64,000 nucleotides of DNA from Anaeromyxobacteraceae bacterium (lineage in GTDB: Bacteria > Myxococcota > Myxococcia > Myxococcales > Anaeromyxobacteraceae): NCBI GenBank assembly GCA_032654565.1, contig JAULAX010000015.1, forward strand, positions 928,001 to 992,000, written 5' to 3'. The notes beneath the pieces were generated by a model, which was not told where the DNA came from, made no database searches, and saw only the letters and a list, made by a program, of their open reading frames with translations. This document shows positions 63,981 through 64,000 of this stretch, one piece after another (position 1 is the stretch's first letter; every line of letters starts with the position of its first letter). A program made the translations under genes and the position numbers.

Positions 63981-64000
63981 CAAAAAGAGAGCGGCCCCCG
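63981..64000 (-). terminator. 3' half of a probable intrinsic terminator of a minus-strand gene outside the window
   Basis: Minus strand cgggggccgctctctttttg: GC arm followed by a T-tract; other arm outside the window. Confidence 0.35.

Overview
Very GC-rich bacterial DNA; the gene repertoire (PEGA Ser/Thr kinase, FHA protein, PilZ-REC protein, system II cytochrome c maturation) suggests a myxobacterium, possibly Anaeromyxobacter-like (inference). Bases 1 to about 30.4 kb are an anaerobic aromatic-catabolism island. It holds a complete Thauera-type class I benzoyl-CoA pathway (had-oah-dch-bcrCBAD), gcdH, two thiolases, a HAD/ECH fusion, a BadL/BadM-like GNAT-Rrf2 pair and an iorAB-paaK-ACT-livHMGF-paaK' operon. 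The most unusual element is a second ATP-dependent radical-enzyme operon at 1-5047 (minus strand, cut by the window edge). It encodes two different activases and two paralogous 2-hydroxyacyl-CoA dehydratase alpha-type subunits; one subunit is fused to an intact ketopantoate-reductase-family domain and has lost all three Fe-S cysteine ligands. One conserved operator/promoter motif (ATTCTGGTA-N6-TAC) lies upstream of this operon, the gcdH/bcr divergon and the ior operon, suggesting a single regulon. The rest (30.5-64 kb) is housekeeping and signalling backbone: trpB2, rsgA, bioHC, resB/ccsA, epmA, transsulfuration genes, actP with a DUF294/exonuclease module, and a kinase-USP gene. No rRNA, tRNA, CRISPR array or mobile element was seen.
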